Below the pieces are notes generated by a model. The model ran no database searches. It saw nothing but the letters and a program-made list of their open reading frames with translations, and was not told the origin of the DNA. The translations under genes were made by a program, and so were the position numbers. Shown in pieces: positions 9,801 through 19,888 of a DNA stretch of 64,000 nucleotides. The stretch lies in sequence record MZ574432.2. One strand, written 5' to 3'. Position 1 is the first letter of the stretch; the number at the start of each line of letters is the position of its first letter.

Positions 9801-12800
9801 CTCGACGAAGTTCTGCTCCTGGTCGCGGGCGGCGGCGGCGGCGGTGGTATCCACACCACCACTACCACGGCCGGCGGCGGCGGCGGCGCGACGGGTCAAA
9901 ACTCCGACACCGTCACGGTTTTCAACACCGGCGGCCAGACTTACCGTGGTGGTGTCAACACCGGCCGCCCCACCGATGCGACCACGTCGGGTAGTTGGTT
10001 CAAGGGTGGCGCGGGCTATCTCGCCGGCACCACCGCCTCGACCAGCAGCATCAGCAACGGCGGCGGTGGCGGCGGCGGTCTCTATGGTGGCTCGGGCTCG
10101 GGCTCCACCAACCAATCCTCAACGGGCTGGCTTGGCGGCGCGGGTGGCTCCGGCTTTGTCGCCGACGGCTGGGACATCACCGAGTCCGACTATCTGCGCG
10201 ACTACGTCGCGGCGCAGTATAGCTTCGACACGACTGGCGGCGTCGCCGATGACGCGCGCAAGCTCAACACCCTGCTGCTCGACACCGCGCCGACCATCAC
10301 CACGTCTGGCCCGAAGTATGGCACCTCCTGCCTGAACATCAACGGCGGCCACCTAACGACCACGATCCCGGCGATCGGTCAACAGGACTTTACCCTGGAA
10401 GGTTGGTTCAACCCGTCGTCCGTGGCGACGGGCGTGATGATGATCCTGGGCGACCAGAGCATCGGCGGCTTGTCGCTGCACTACTTCCCGGCTGTCACCA
10501 CCCTCGGTTTCCGCTACAACAACGCCGCGTCGACCTCCGATCTTACCTACGCAGATACTGCCCGCGCCGCCAACGTCTGGGCGCACTATGCGATCGTGCG
10601 CGACATCGGCGGCACGCGTATCTACAAGGACGGCATCCTGGTCGCGACCCAGACCGGCTCGCCGTTCGCGATCACCGCTACCACCCTGACGCTGGGCAAC
10701 TATCTCGCCGGCGCCGGCGCTAGCACGCGTTTTGCTGGTAAGGTCGACGAAGTCCGCCTGACGATCGGCGCGGCCCGCTATCGCCAGAACTTCAAGCCTG
10801 TCCAGTTCCGCAACAAGCGGACCCTGGGCCTGTCGAATACGGCCCTCGTCCAAGGCGCCAACAGCGGCAATGGCCTGCCTGCCTCGACGGGCGTAGCAGG
10901 CTATGTCGCGGGCCGTGGCGTCGGCGCGGCGGTCAAGACCACGGCCGCCAACGGCAACAGCGGCGGCGACGGTCAGGTCAACTACTTTTTGCAGACCTCG
11001 ACGGTCGCGGCCACGGGTCCGATCGGCACGGTCAATGTCGGCGGACTGGTCACCGCTGCGGCCGGCGCCTTTTATCCTCTACCGGCCGCCGGCACGAAGA
11101 CCGTCCACAGCTACACCGGCTCGCGGATCAACTACGTCGTCGAGGAACCCGGCGGCGCGCGTATTCGCGTCGAACTGTGGGGCGCTGGCGGCGGAGGCTG
11201 CTCGGCGACCAACTCCAGCACGTCAACGGGCGGTGGCGGCGGTGGCTACACCGTCTATGAGATGGACCTTGTCTACGACGACAGGATCACCTTGCAGACG
11301 CCGTCGGGCGGCTTTGGCGCCACGACCGCTGGTGGCAACGATGCCTCGGGCATCAATGCGGGCGGATACCCCGACGGTGGCAATGGCTATAAGCCGGCCT
11401 TCACCGCCTTCAACGGCGGCGGCGGCGGCTCAGCGCGCATGTGGGCGCGGGGCGATCTGGCGGCTGTTGCGGGAGGTGGCGGCGGCGGCGCCTATGGATC
11501 GGTCGCCTACGACTTCAACGGCGGCGCGGGTGGCGGCACGACGGGCGGCTCTGGCGCCTATGATGGCGTCAACGCGACCTTTCCAAACACCGGCGGTACG
11601 CAGACTACGGGTGGTTCAGGCTCGCCGAACGGCTTTGCTGGCTCGTTCATGCAAGGCGGGAACGGCGGCGTCACCATCAGCATCGCCAACAACGGTCCTG
11701 GCGGCGGCGGCGGCTATTATGGCGGCGGCGGCGGAGGCGCCTACAAGGCGGCCGGCGGCGGTTCCAGCTACGTAAACACCCTCCTGACGGGCTACCGCAC
11801 CGGCTCCACGACCGGTGGCTCGGGTAACCTGCCCGGTGGCATGGCCTCGCCCAACTACGCCGCAGGCGTGGGCGTGGGTTCCAACAACAAGCCCGGTGTT
11901 CGCGACGGCGGCGCCGGCCGGATCGTCTTGTCGGTTATTACGCCGACCCCCGGTAACGCGGCAGGCACAATCGGGACGGTCAACGTCTCGGGCCTTGACA
12001 CGACCGGACGGCTGATCGGGGTTCCGACCGGCGCGCTGCCGACCATCAACCTCATCAATCTGGTGGGCCAGTTTGGCTTCCCAGCCAACGTCAATGTGCC
12101 GCTCCCGTCGGCCATTCTCGTCAATCCGGTCGAATCCAATCCGACGACCAGCGCCCTGGTCATCGTCCCGATCAACGACAACACCTCGATCTCGATCACC
12201 GGGATCAATCCGGCCCCGTTCCACATCGATGCCGAAGGCGTGGGCGAAACGCTTCCGGTGCTGGTGCTGGCGCCGGAAGCCACGGTCTCCGTCCCGGCGG
12301 CCGTCAGCGGCTCGCTGGTCGACATCACGATCGAGCCTGTCGAGGCCACGCTAGACGTCATCGCGCCGGTTCAGGCGACCGGCGACATTGGCACGATCAC
12401 GATCGAGCCGCTCCAGGGCGTGACGGACGTCAACAACGACGTCTTCCCGTCGGGCCTGCTCGGCACCATCTTGGTCGCCGCGCCCGAAGGCGTGGCCGAA
12501 CCGGGCGATCCAACCGCGATCGGCGGTCTCACGACCATCACCGTCGTGGCGCCCGCAGGCTCGGCGCGTTCGTCGGCCACCATTCCGGGGACCATCGGCG
12601 ACGTCACGATCAGCCCGCCTGAAGGCGGTGTCGATGGTACTGGCCAAGGAGACGTGAGCGAGACCGCCATCCAGGTGGTTCCGCCGCTGGTCTCGGTGGT
12701 GATCTCCCAGGATGGCGAGACGGACGTTGTCGCCGACATCGGACTGATCTACGTCTACGGGCCGCGCGGCAATTTGCTGGTCATCGGCGACGACGAATTC

Positions 12801-15071
12801 TTCCACGTCCTGCCCGATCCGATCGTCGTCACCACCACCGCGCCCAACGCGACCGCGCGCGGTGATGTTCGCACGATCAGCGGGCTTGAGACCGTCACGG
12901 TCACGCCGCCAGAAGCCACGGTCTCTGTCCCGGCGGTCGTCGAAGCCTACACCGGCGACTTCATCATCCTGGCGATCCCGCCGTTCCCGCTGCTCGATCT
13001 GGCCGCCAACATCGCCGTCGCGATGCCGGCGCAGGTCGTCATCAACGGCAACGACGCCGAAGCCTCGACCGACATTACGGTCCCGCTCACGGCGGCCGAC
13101 ATTCTGGTCACCGCGCCGGAAGCCAATCCGACGGGCGTCCATGGCGGTGATCTGGCCACGATCGTCGTCACCCCGCCCCAAGGCGGCCCGCAGATCGACG
13201 CCAATGCGGCGGGCACGGTCGGCACGATCCAGATCGAGCCGGTTCGCTCCTACCGCATCCCATCGATCACCGTCATCCCGCCTGAAGGTCAGGCGCTGGA
13301 CGCGATCTCGGTCGACCTCAATCTGCCACTGCCGCCGGCCATCACCCTCAACACCATCGAGGGCGGTTTCCAGGTCGGCGTCAACGTCTCGCTGCCGCTG
13401 ACGACGATCTTCGTCTCGTCGATCTCGGCCATGGTCGTGATCGCCGCCGACGCCAAGGGCGCGATCGACACCATCGACGTGACGGGTCCCAGCGCCATCG
13501 TCCGCGTGCCGATCGCCATCAGCGGCACGGTCGGCACCATCCAAGTCCAGGCGCCCAACGTCTATGCGGGCGTTCCAGGCGATGCGACCGGCGCCCTGAC
13601 GGTCATCAACCTCGAACCGCCTTCGACGACCGTGACCGGCGCGGTCCTGGCCTCGCGTCCGATCGACACCATCGACGTCACCGCGCCCGTCGGCATCCCC
13701 CGCGTGCCGATCGCGACCTCGGGCGATCTGGCCACGATCATCGTCTCCACGCCGACGGGCCAAGCTGTCGTCGACGCGGTCAACGTCGCTGGCGATCTGA
13801 CCACCATCACCGTCACCTCGCCGACGGGTTCGGCGACGGGTCGCGCCCTGGGCACGGGCTCGATCGGCGTCATCACCGTGACGCCGCCGGTGGCCCATGT
13901 CGATGTTCCTGCTGCGGTCACCGGCACGGTGGGCACGATCATCGTCACCTCGCCCGAGCCCCTGGCCGGCGTCGCCGTTGATCTTTCCCTCGCCCTGGGC
14001 GTCATCACGCTCACCGCGCCCGAGGCTTCGACCCAGATCATCCCGCCGGTCCTGACGTCCGGCGACATCGGCACGATCATCGTCACGCCGGTGCCGGGCG
14101 CTTCGATCGTTCACGGCCAGAACTTCAGCCGCGCGATGCCGCCGGCGATCGCCGTCACCGCGCCCGTGGCCGACGTCAGCGCCGGCGTGGACCTGATCAC
14201 CGAGCCGGAACTGACGGTGATCATCGGCACGCCCCAGCCGCTGCTCTACCAGGAAGCCAATGTCATCGTCGGCTTCCCGACGATCTTCGTCTACGCACCC
14301 GACGCCACGGCCCTGGAAATCGCCGAATTCGTCTCGGTGATCGTCACGCCGCCGGACTGCTATGTGACCGTGCCGCTGGCCGAGGGCGAGGCGCGCGTGC
14401 GCTACCGCCGCAGCCAGATCAAGGGGACGGCGCCGGCTTCCTTGCAACCGCTTGAGATTGCGCTTAATGAGTATGATGGCGTTCTCTTCACGCGTGACGG
14501 CTCGGGTAACGTCAAGCCGACGCCGCTGGGTTCGCTAGTCGACACCGGCCTGCCGCCTGAAGGCGGTGACGAAGGTCAGGCTCTGAACGGAGCCTTGTCC
14601 TGGGCCGAGGTCGAGGCCACCTACACCGGTCCGATCCGCAACGCCCCGCCCGCCGGCGCCACCGTGCCGCTGAGCGATGGCGTGGTCGGGTCTGGCACCT
14701 TCACCCCGACCGTCGGCTTCACCTACACGCGTCCGTTCTTCGTGGCGCGGGAGATGGAGATCGATCACCTCGCCGTCGACGTGGTGACCAGCGTCGCCGC
14801 CACGGCGACCTGCGCCATCATCGAGTGGAGCCTGACGGGCACGCCCGGCGCGACCCTGGCGACGGGCGATGTCTCGACGGCCACGATCGGCGTGACGGCG
14901 GTGCCCGGCACGGCCATCACCCTGGCGCCGGGCTGGTACGCGGCCACCTTCGTCGTCAACGGCGCGGCGGGCGCAACCTTCCGTGCGGCGGTTTCGCCGG
15001 CCACGGTCGCGCCCGACATGACCACCACCCAGTCGACGCCGGCCTATGTCCTGGCGGCTTTGGAGACCTGA
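6802..15071 (+). CDS. Giant Gly-rich, LamG/ConA lectin-domain filament/fibre protein (~2,756 aa if joined), interrupted by a -1 frameshift at ~7942-7945
   Basis: Repeated modules (WGAGGGG...GGGGGST.VY.NG.L..VAGGGGG) run through frame 6802-7945 and continue in the 8127 frame, which is open back to TGA 7920-7922. LamG-like domain ~10200-10800; V/I/T/P-rich repeats ~11950-14380; terminal modules 14400-15071. Confidence 0.8.
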
Positions 15072-15745
15072 TGACCCTCGTCACCTTCCCTCAGGATTCG
15101 GTGATCTACCCCGAAGCGATCAAGATCAACGGCGGCTCGATCCCGCCGGGCTCGGTCGCGCCGGGTGAACTCTATCTCGACGAGGAGCACCGCCTACTGT
15201 ACGTCGACACCTCCGCCGGCCTGGAGGGCGTGCCCCTTGATGTGGTGGCCGTACCGCCCCTGATCGATCGGACCGCCGACGACAGCCTCGTCCTGGTGCG
15301 CACCACGACGGGTGCGGTGTGGGATAAGCTCGACGCGGGCGGCGGCGGCACCATCTACGACAACGGCTCCTTTCGTGTGCCGGGTCTGGCGCCTTCCGCG
15401 CTTGGCGTCCTGGTCTTGCCGGCAGGCGCCGGCGGGCGGGCGATCTTCGAGATGTCCCAGCCGGGAACCATCGTCGCCATCGGTGCGCGCGCCAAGTCAG
15501 GCTCGGGCGCGATCAGCTTCAGCCTCCATGCCTGGAACGGCGCCTTGGGGCCTTCGCTGATCACGCAGAACCTCTCCTTCGCCGGCGTCGAGGCCAAGGT
15601 CGCCAATATCAGCGTCGCGCTCGATGCGGGGCAATATGCCTGGACCTGGACATCGACGGCCACGCTAACCCTGGAAACCGTCGAAGGCTTCCTGCCGTGG
15701 TCGAAGGGCGCCGAGGCCCATCCCGCTTTCATGCAGGTCGCCTAA
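15071..15745 (+). CDS. Fibre-tip-like protein, 224 aa
   Basis: ATG overlaps the upstream TGA (in frame with the listed 14825 ORF); paralogous to the C-terminal modules of the giant protein. Confidence 0.75.
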   Translation: MTLVTFPQDSVIYPEAIKINGGSIPPGSVAPGELYLDEEHRLLYVDTSAGLEGVPLDVVAVPPLIDRTADDSLVLVRTTTGAVWDKLDAGGGGTIYDNGSFRVPGLAPSALGVLVLPAGAGGRAIFEMSQPGTIVAIGARAKSGSGAISFSLHAWNGALGPSLITQNLSFAGVEAKVANISVALDAGQYAWTWTSTATLTLETVEGFLPWSKGAEAHPAFMQVA

Positions 15746-15746
15746 G

Positions 15747-16529
15747 ATGGCCATTCAGAACCTCCACTCCTTCACGACCGGCACGATCCCGAATCTGCTG
15801 CCGGGCATGCTCGCGATCAACATCCCCGACGATGTCTTCTGGATTCGCAAGGATGGCCGTCGCACGCCGGTCAAGCTGACGGAGGTCCGCGAGCGCGCTG
15901 TCCCCGCCACGGGCCTTCCTGGCGCGCCCCTGGTGCGCGAGGGCGGTAAGGCTGTCTGGGACAACGCCCAGGCCCCTTCGAGCGTGGTCAACGGCGTCAT
16001 CCGCGTTGACCTGCCGCCGGCCCCAGGTGTTTTCGCCATCCCTGGCGCCCAGATCAATGGCTTTGCCGCCGACAAGACCCTGGGCGTCAATGCGGTGGAG
16101 ATCGCCCCGTTCTATGTGCGCTCCGACAGCGTCACCATCACCCACCTGTCGGTCGGCATCAAGTCGGCAGCACCTGGGCCAGTGCGCATCGGCATCTGCG
16201 ATAGCCTTGGCATCATCATCACCGATCAGTTGATCTCTTCGCCTGTGCAAGGCGCCAATGTCGTCGCCCTGGGCGCGCCGCGTCTCTTGCCGCGCGGCAC
16301 CTACCGCACCATCCTCTGGTGCTCGGCGATCACCACCTTCGGCGTGGCCAACGCTGTCCAGCCGGAACAGGGCTGGAGCCTCAACAACCCCAGCCTCCTG
16401 TTCACCCGCGCCTATCAAGGCATCAAGGACATGAGCGCGGGCATCGGCAGTCTGCCGGCCCTATCCTCGCGCAATACCTCCGAGCCGGGCCAGGACAAGA
16501 TGGTCATGCTGCGCTGGACCGTGCCCTGA
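15747..16529 (+). CDS. Fibre-tip-like protein, 260 aa
   Basis: N-terminal P.NLLPGMLAINIPDDVFWIRKDG and C-terminal APFYV...ITHLSV...RIGI module resemble the end of the giant protein. Confidence 0.75.
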   Translation: MAIQNLHSFTTGTIPNLLPGMLAINIPDDVFWIRKDGRRTPVKLTEVRERAVPATGLPGAPLVREGGKAVWDNAQAPSSVVNGVIRVDLPPAPGVFAIPGAQINGFAADKTLGVNAVEIAPFYVRSDSVTITHLSVGIKSAAPGPVRIGICDSLGIIITDQLISSPVQGANVVALGAPRLLPRGTYRTILWCSAITTFGVANAVQPEQGWSLNNPSLLFTRAYQGIKDMSAGIGSLPALSSRNTSEPGQDKMVMLRWTVP

Positions 16530-16532
16530 CGC

Positions 16533-16561
16533 AAAAGGGCGGCCCACTACAGGCCGCCCTT
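16533..16561. terminator. Terminator hairpin between convergent genes
   Basis: aaaagggcggcc-cactaca-ggccgccctt. Confidence 0.7.
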
Positions 16562-16595
16562 CCCTGGTTGATGAAAGAGACGAAGAAGACCTGGA

Positions 16596-16955
16596 TCAGG
16601 TCTTGCCGGCCCCCGATCGCTCATGCAGCCAGGGCATGATGTCCTGACCCGTGAAACGGCTTCCCTGCTGACTCTTCAGGTCGTCCAACTGGTCGACCGA
16701 GACGCCCAGCGACTGCGCCACGGCGTTGCGGTCGTCGAACGAGACGTCGAGGGCGTCCTGCTTGCCGAGCACCGAGGTCGACAACCCCCTCTGGAACGCC
16801 TGGACGATCTCGGGCGTGGCCTGGATCGTCTGGGTCTTGCCATCCGCCTCGATGGTGATCGTGGCGTTGGACGAGCCCGCGCCGCTGAGCGCTTGGAGCG
16901 CCCCGTAGGCTTGGACATATTGGGACTTGTCGGCCGGCAGATTCAGTTCACGCAT
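16596..16955 (-). CDS. Hypothetical protein, 119 aa
   Basis: Purine-rich SD (GAGGGAG) upstream on the minus strand, protein-like composition, minus-strand TTGACA at 17076-17071. Confidence 0.65.
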   Translation of the reverse strand: MRELNLPADKSQYVQAYGALQALSGAGSSNATITIEADGKTQTIQATPEIVQAFQRGLSTSVLGKQDALDVSFDDRNAVAQSLGVSVDQLDDLKSQQGSRFTGQDIMPWLHERSGAGKT

Positions 16956-17070
16956 GCGTAACTCTCCCTCAGGATCAGGACTGCGCCATCGACGCCAAAA
17001 CAGCGCCTGAGAAGGACGCTATGCCCGGCCCAAACCGGCGTCAACCGGCCAAAATGAAAAAATGACGCGT

Positions 17071-17105
17071 GTCAAGCACTACATCCCCGTGACGTAATTC
17101 TTGAC
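17071..17105. promoter_or_regulatory. Divergent promoters; plus-strand motif copy 2 (tgacg-taatt-cttgac, 17090-17105)
   Basis: TTGACA on both strands in the gap between divergent genes. Confidence 0.65.
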
Positions 17106-17156
17106 ATGGTTAATCCGTGAGCCTATCGTGCGGCTCCAGACTTCAGGAGTGCCGCT

Positions 17157-17465
17157 GTGACTGTCCGTGTTTATGCCCCCGATGGAGAGCCGTTCGACAT
17201 CCCAGCGCACCGGGAAGCCGATCTGCTGCTCTACAAGGGCTTCAGCCGGACGCCGCACGACCCCAACGCCGAGCCGATCGTCCAGGACGTTCCGGGCTAC
17301 CGCGCGCTCAAGCAGCGCGAGTGGGAAGAACTCGAAGCCGAACGCGACTACATCGCCGGCCAAGAGATCGACTTTGGCGCGCTGCTGGGCGGTGAGCCGA
17401 CCGTGCAGCCGATCGAGGAAGAACCCAAGCCCCGACCGCGTCGCCGCCGCAAGGCCGCCGCGTGA
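17157..17465 (+). CDS. Hypothetical protein, 102 aa, basic C-terminal tail
   Basis: GTG start with AGGAG SD; overlaps the next gene (GTGA). Confidence 0.7.
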   Translation: MTVRVYAPDGEPFDIPAHREADLLLYKGFSRTPHDPNAEPIVQDVPGYRALKQREWEELEAERDYIAGQEIDFGALLGGEPTVQPIEEEPKPRPRRRRKAAA

Positions 17466-17968
17466 GGGTCATCAACCTCTATGGCGGCCCAGGCGCTGGC
17501 AAGTCGACCACCAGGGCAGGCCTCTTCTATCAAATGAAGATGGCCCACCTCAAGGTCGAAGAAGCCCCTGAGTACGCCAAGGACCTGACCTACGAGAAGA
17601 ACTGGACGGCCCTGTCCAACCAGTGGCTCGTGATCGGCGAGCAGAACCATCGGCTCAACCGCCTGCGCGGGCAAGTCGACTACGCCGTCAGCGACAGCCC
17701 TCTGCCGCTGGGACTGATGTTCGCCACCCCGGCCTTCCAGACCGAGTGGTTCTCCGATGCTGTCTGGGGTCTCTACGACACCTACGACAACGTCAACGTG
17801 TTCATCGAGCGCGTCCAGCCCTATCAGGCGTTCGGGCGCAATCAGTCGGAAGATGAGGCACGCCTGATCGACCGAAAACTACGCCACCTGATGCGCGACC
17901 GGATCGACCTCTACGTCCCTGGCGACGAGAGCGCTCCGGCCCGGATCATGGGGTTCCTGGGCCTCTAA
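17462..17968 (+). CDS. P-loop NTPase/nucleotide kinase (NadR/AAA_28-like), 168 aa
   Basis: N-terminal INLYGGPGAGKST Walker A, EY..D, V.DSPL and GRNQ.E.EA..ID lid pattern. Confidence 0.8.
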   Translation: MRVINLYGGPGAGKSTTRAGLFYQMKMAHLKVEEAPEYAKDLTYEKNWTALSNQWLVIGEQNHRLNRLRGQVDYAVSDSPLPLGLMFATPAFQTEWFSDAVWGLYDTYDNVNVFIERVQPYQAFGRNQSEDEARLIDRKLRHLMRDRIDLYVPGDESAPARIMGFLGL

Positions 17969-17979
17969 GGCCCACCGGT

Positions 17980-18054
17980 GCGGCTATAGCTCAGTGGTAG
18001 AGCGCCTGCTTGCCATGCAGGAGGTCGAGGGTTCGAGCCCCTCTAGCCGCTCCA
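17980..18054 (+). tRNA. tRNA-Gly(GCC)
   Basis: Cloverleaf GCGGCTA/TAGCCGC, anticodon stem cctgc/gcagg, loop ttGCCat, U73, CCA. Confidence 0.95.
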
Positions 18055-18076
18055 TTCTAAGCACAAGGACAAGACT

Positions 18077-18337
18077 ATGAAATCGCGCGACTTCTGTTAT
18101 TGGCTCCAGGGCCTGTTCGAACTGCAAAACCCCGTGGTGATCAACGAGACCCAGACCCGCCTGATCAAGGCGCATCTGAACATGGTCTTCACCCACGAGA
18201 TCGACCCCAGCTTCCCGGCCGCCCAGCAGGCGGCGTTGAACGCCGATCACGAGGCCGGCAAGAAGCCCGCGTCGAAGAACAACGGCTTCTTCGAGATTGT
18301 CGATTCGGGCCGCCAAGAAGGCCTCATGCGCTGCTGA
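18077..18337 (+). CDS. Conserved phage hypothetical protein, 86 aa
   Basis: AAGGA SD; recurrent phage N-terminus M..RDFCYWLQG.FEL. Confidence 0.7.
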   Translation: MKSRDFCYWLQGLFELQNPVVINETQTRLIKAHLNMVFTHEIDPSFPAAQQAALNADHEAGKKPASKNNGFFEIVDSGRQEGLMRC

Positions 18338-18367
18338 CGCGGCGCCCACTTCCCAGGACAATTCATC

Positions 18368-18658
18368 ATGCAGACCGTCGACCTTCTGGGCGACGCGCCA
18401 TTCTGCGCGCGTCCAGGCTACCATCTGCGCGACTTCCGCAAGGGCGTACTGGGCGAGGCCTCCAAGGTCCGTGAGGAGACCGAGGAGTTCCTGGACGCCG
18501 TCGAGCAAGGCTCGCTGATCATGGCGTTGGTGGAGCTTTCCGATCTCCACGGCGCCATCGAAGCCTATCTGGCCAAGCATGCGCCGGGCGTCACCATGGA
18601 CGATCTCGCCCAAATGTCCGCCATCACCAAAAGGGCCTTCCGTCATGGACGTCGCTAG
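18368..18658 (+). CDS. MazG-like nucleotide pyrophosphohydrolase fold, 96 aa
   Basis: K..EE..E...A........ELSDL all-alpha NTP-PPase pattern. Confidence 0.65.
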   Translation: MQTVDLLGDAPFCARPGYHLRDFRKGVLGEASKVREETEEFLDAVEQGSLIMALVELSDLHGAIEAYLAKHAPGVTMDDLAQMSAITKRAFRHGRR

Positions 18659-19223
18659 CTGGAAACGCCTTTCGCAGGCGATCGAGTTCTACACCGCGCG
18701 CGGCTACACCTATGTCGACGCGCCCTGGGCCGTACGCCGGCCGGTCATGGACATGACCTGCCCGCGCCCCGATCTAGCCAGTCCTCTGGGCGAGAAGTTC
18801 CTGGTCGGTTCGGCCGAGCAGTCCTTCCTGGACCTGGAGATCGACGTCCTGGGCAAGGGACGCTTCGTGGCCTTGACGCCGTGTTTCCGCGTCGCCGATG
18901 AAGGCCGCTCACCGCTGCATGACGGCTACTTCATGAAGGTCGAGCTTTACGCCAATCTCACCGAGAACCGAGGGCGTGTCCTCAATCGCATGATCGACGA
19001 CGCCATGACCTGTTTCCGATCCTTCGGGGCCGGTGACCTGGACGTCTACAACACCTTCGAGCAGGACGCCAAGCTGACCCGCGACATCGTCATGCGCGGC
19101 GTGGAGATCGGCTCCTATGGCATGCGCACGCGTCGCCATCCCGTGCTCGACGAGGACCACACCTGGGTCTACGGCACTGGCCTTGCCGAACCGCGCTTCT
19201 CGCGCGCCCTCCAGCGCCTCTGA
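18645..19223 (+). CDS. Stand-alone class II aminoacyl-tRNA synthetase-like catalytic core, 192 aa
   Basis: Motif 2-like LTPCFRVADE...LHDGYFMKVELY and motif 3-like VYGTGLAEPRF; no anticodon-binding domain; ATG 18645 overlaps the upstream gene. Confidence 0.7.
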   Translation: MDVASWKRLSQAIEFYTARGYTYVDAPWAVRRPVMDMTCPRPDLASPLGEKFLVGSAEQSFLDLEIDVLGKGRFVALTPCFRVADEGRSPLHDGYFMKVELYANLTENRGRVLNRMIDDAMTCFRSFGAGDLDVYNTFEQDAKLTRDIVMRGVEIGSYGMRTRRHPVLDEDHTWVYGTGLAEPRFSRALQRL

Positions 19224-19234
19224 TTAGGATTTCA

Positions 19235-19258
19235 CGACACGCTGTCGTAATCCTTGAC
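19235..19258 (+). promoter_or_regulatory. Motif promoter (copy 3) with palindrome CGACA-N3-TGTCG
   Basis: cgaca-cgc-tgtcg-taatc-cttgac; predicted start site coincides with ATG 19290. Confidence 0.7.
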
Positions 19259-19289
19259 AAGCACGAATTTCTGTGAGACACGTCGCCTT

Positions 19290-19355
19290 ATGACCTTCTC
19301 GATCTTCCTTTTCCGAGAGACCGGCTCGCCGAGCCGAGATACCAGCGCCTCCTAG
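19290..19355 (+). CDS. Putative leader peptide 1 (MTFSIFLFRETGSPSRDTSAS, 21 aa)
   Basis: Apparently leaderless ATG at the predicted start site; overlaps alternative hairpins just before tRNA-Glu. Confidence 0.45.
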   Translation: MTFSIFLFRETGSPSRDTSAS

Positions 19356-19383
19356 GCTGCTGGTACGACGGCTCGCGCTATGT

Positions 19384-19460
19384 GGGCCTGTCTTCTAAAT
19401 GGACTAGGAATCTCGGCTTTCAATCGAGCAATGCGGGTTCGAGCCCCGTCAGGCCTACCA
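19384..19460 (+). tRNA. tRNA-Glu(UUC)
   Basis: GGGCCTG/CAGGCCT acceptor, loop ctTTCaa, TTCGA T-loop, CCA. Confidence 0.9.
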
Positions 19461-19484
19461 ACATCACAATCGAAAGCCACCCTG

Positions 19485-19560
19485 GGCTCTAGGGTGTGAA
19501 GGTTAGCAGCGCCGGCTTGTCAGGCCGGAGGAAGGGGTTCGAGTCCCCTTAGAGTCGCCA
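19485..19560 (+). tRNA. tRNA-Asp(GUC)
   Basis: GGCTCTA/TAGAGTC acceptor, stem ccggc/gccgg, loop ttGTCag, G73, CCA. Confidence 0.9.
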
Positions 19561-19808
19561 TTTGCCCAAGCGGGCACATCCAATCGAAAGCGCCGGGCAA
19601 GAGACTTAGCGGTCTCCAAGCGCCTGGGTCGAGCCAAAAACGCAGGGGTCGTCGGGTCCGCAAGGACAGCCCTGGTCAGTGAGCGATGGCGGATAAGAAA
19701 TGGGTCCCAACCTGCTGAAGGTGGTTGGCGCCGCCGAGGGCGTTACCTCGGATTTCACGTGACGACACTGCCCCACTGGCTTTTGCCATGCGCGTCCGTT
19801 GCTCTAGG
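19561..19808 (+). ncRNA. Candidate structured ncRNA (~250-290 nt) co-transcribed with tRNA-Glu/Asp
   Basis: No credible ORF; many short hairpins (GCAA-capped gtcc/ggac, gagac/gtctc, ccgagg/cctcgg), long-range gtcgtc/gacgac pairing, ends at a terminator. Confidence 0.5.
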
Positions 19809-19809
19809 A

Positions 19810-19848
19810 CCCCAGGACAGGCTAGCCCTCTCCTGGGGTTTCCTTTTT
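19810..19848 (+). terminator. Intrinsic terminator
   Basis: ccccagga...tcctgggg stem followed by tttcc-ttttt. Confidence 0.75.
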
Positions 19849-19888
19849 GTGGGACCCAAGAAATTTTTCACGGATTCGTGCATCGTTT

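Noticed and set aside
6900-11800. GGC trinucleotide runs as microsatellites or CRISPR-like repeats
   Set aside because: They encode in-frame poly-Gly of protein repeats; no constant repeat with unique spacers anywhere in the window.
19561-19850. Possible tmRNA, RNase P or SRP RNA here or at 24590-24918
   Set aside because: No GGGG..GA / TΨC-CCACCA ends or ANDN-type tag frame, no GAGGAAAGUCC, and GGAAGGAAG at 24795 lacks the SRP CAGG/GCAG context.
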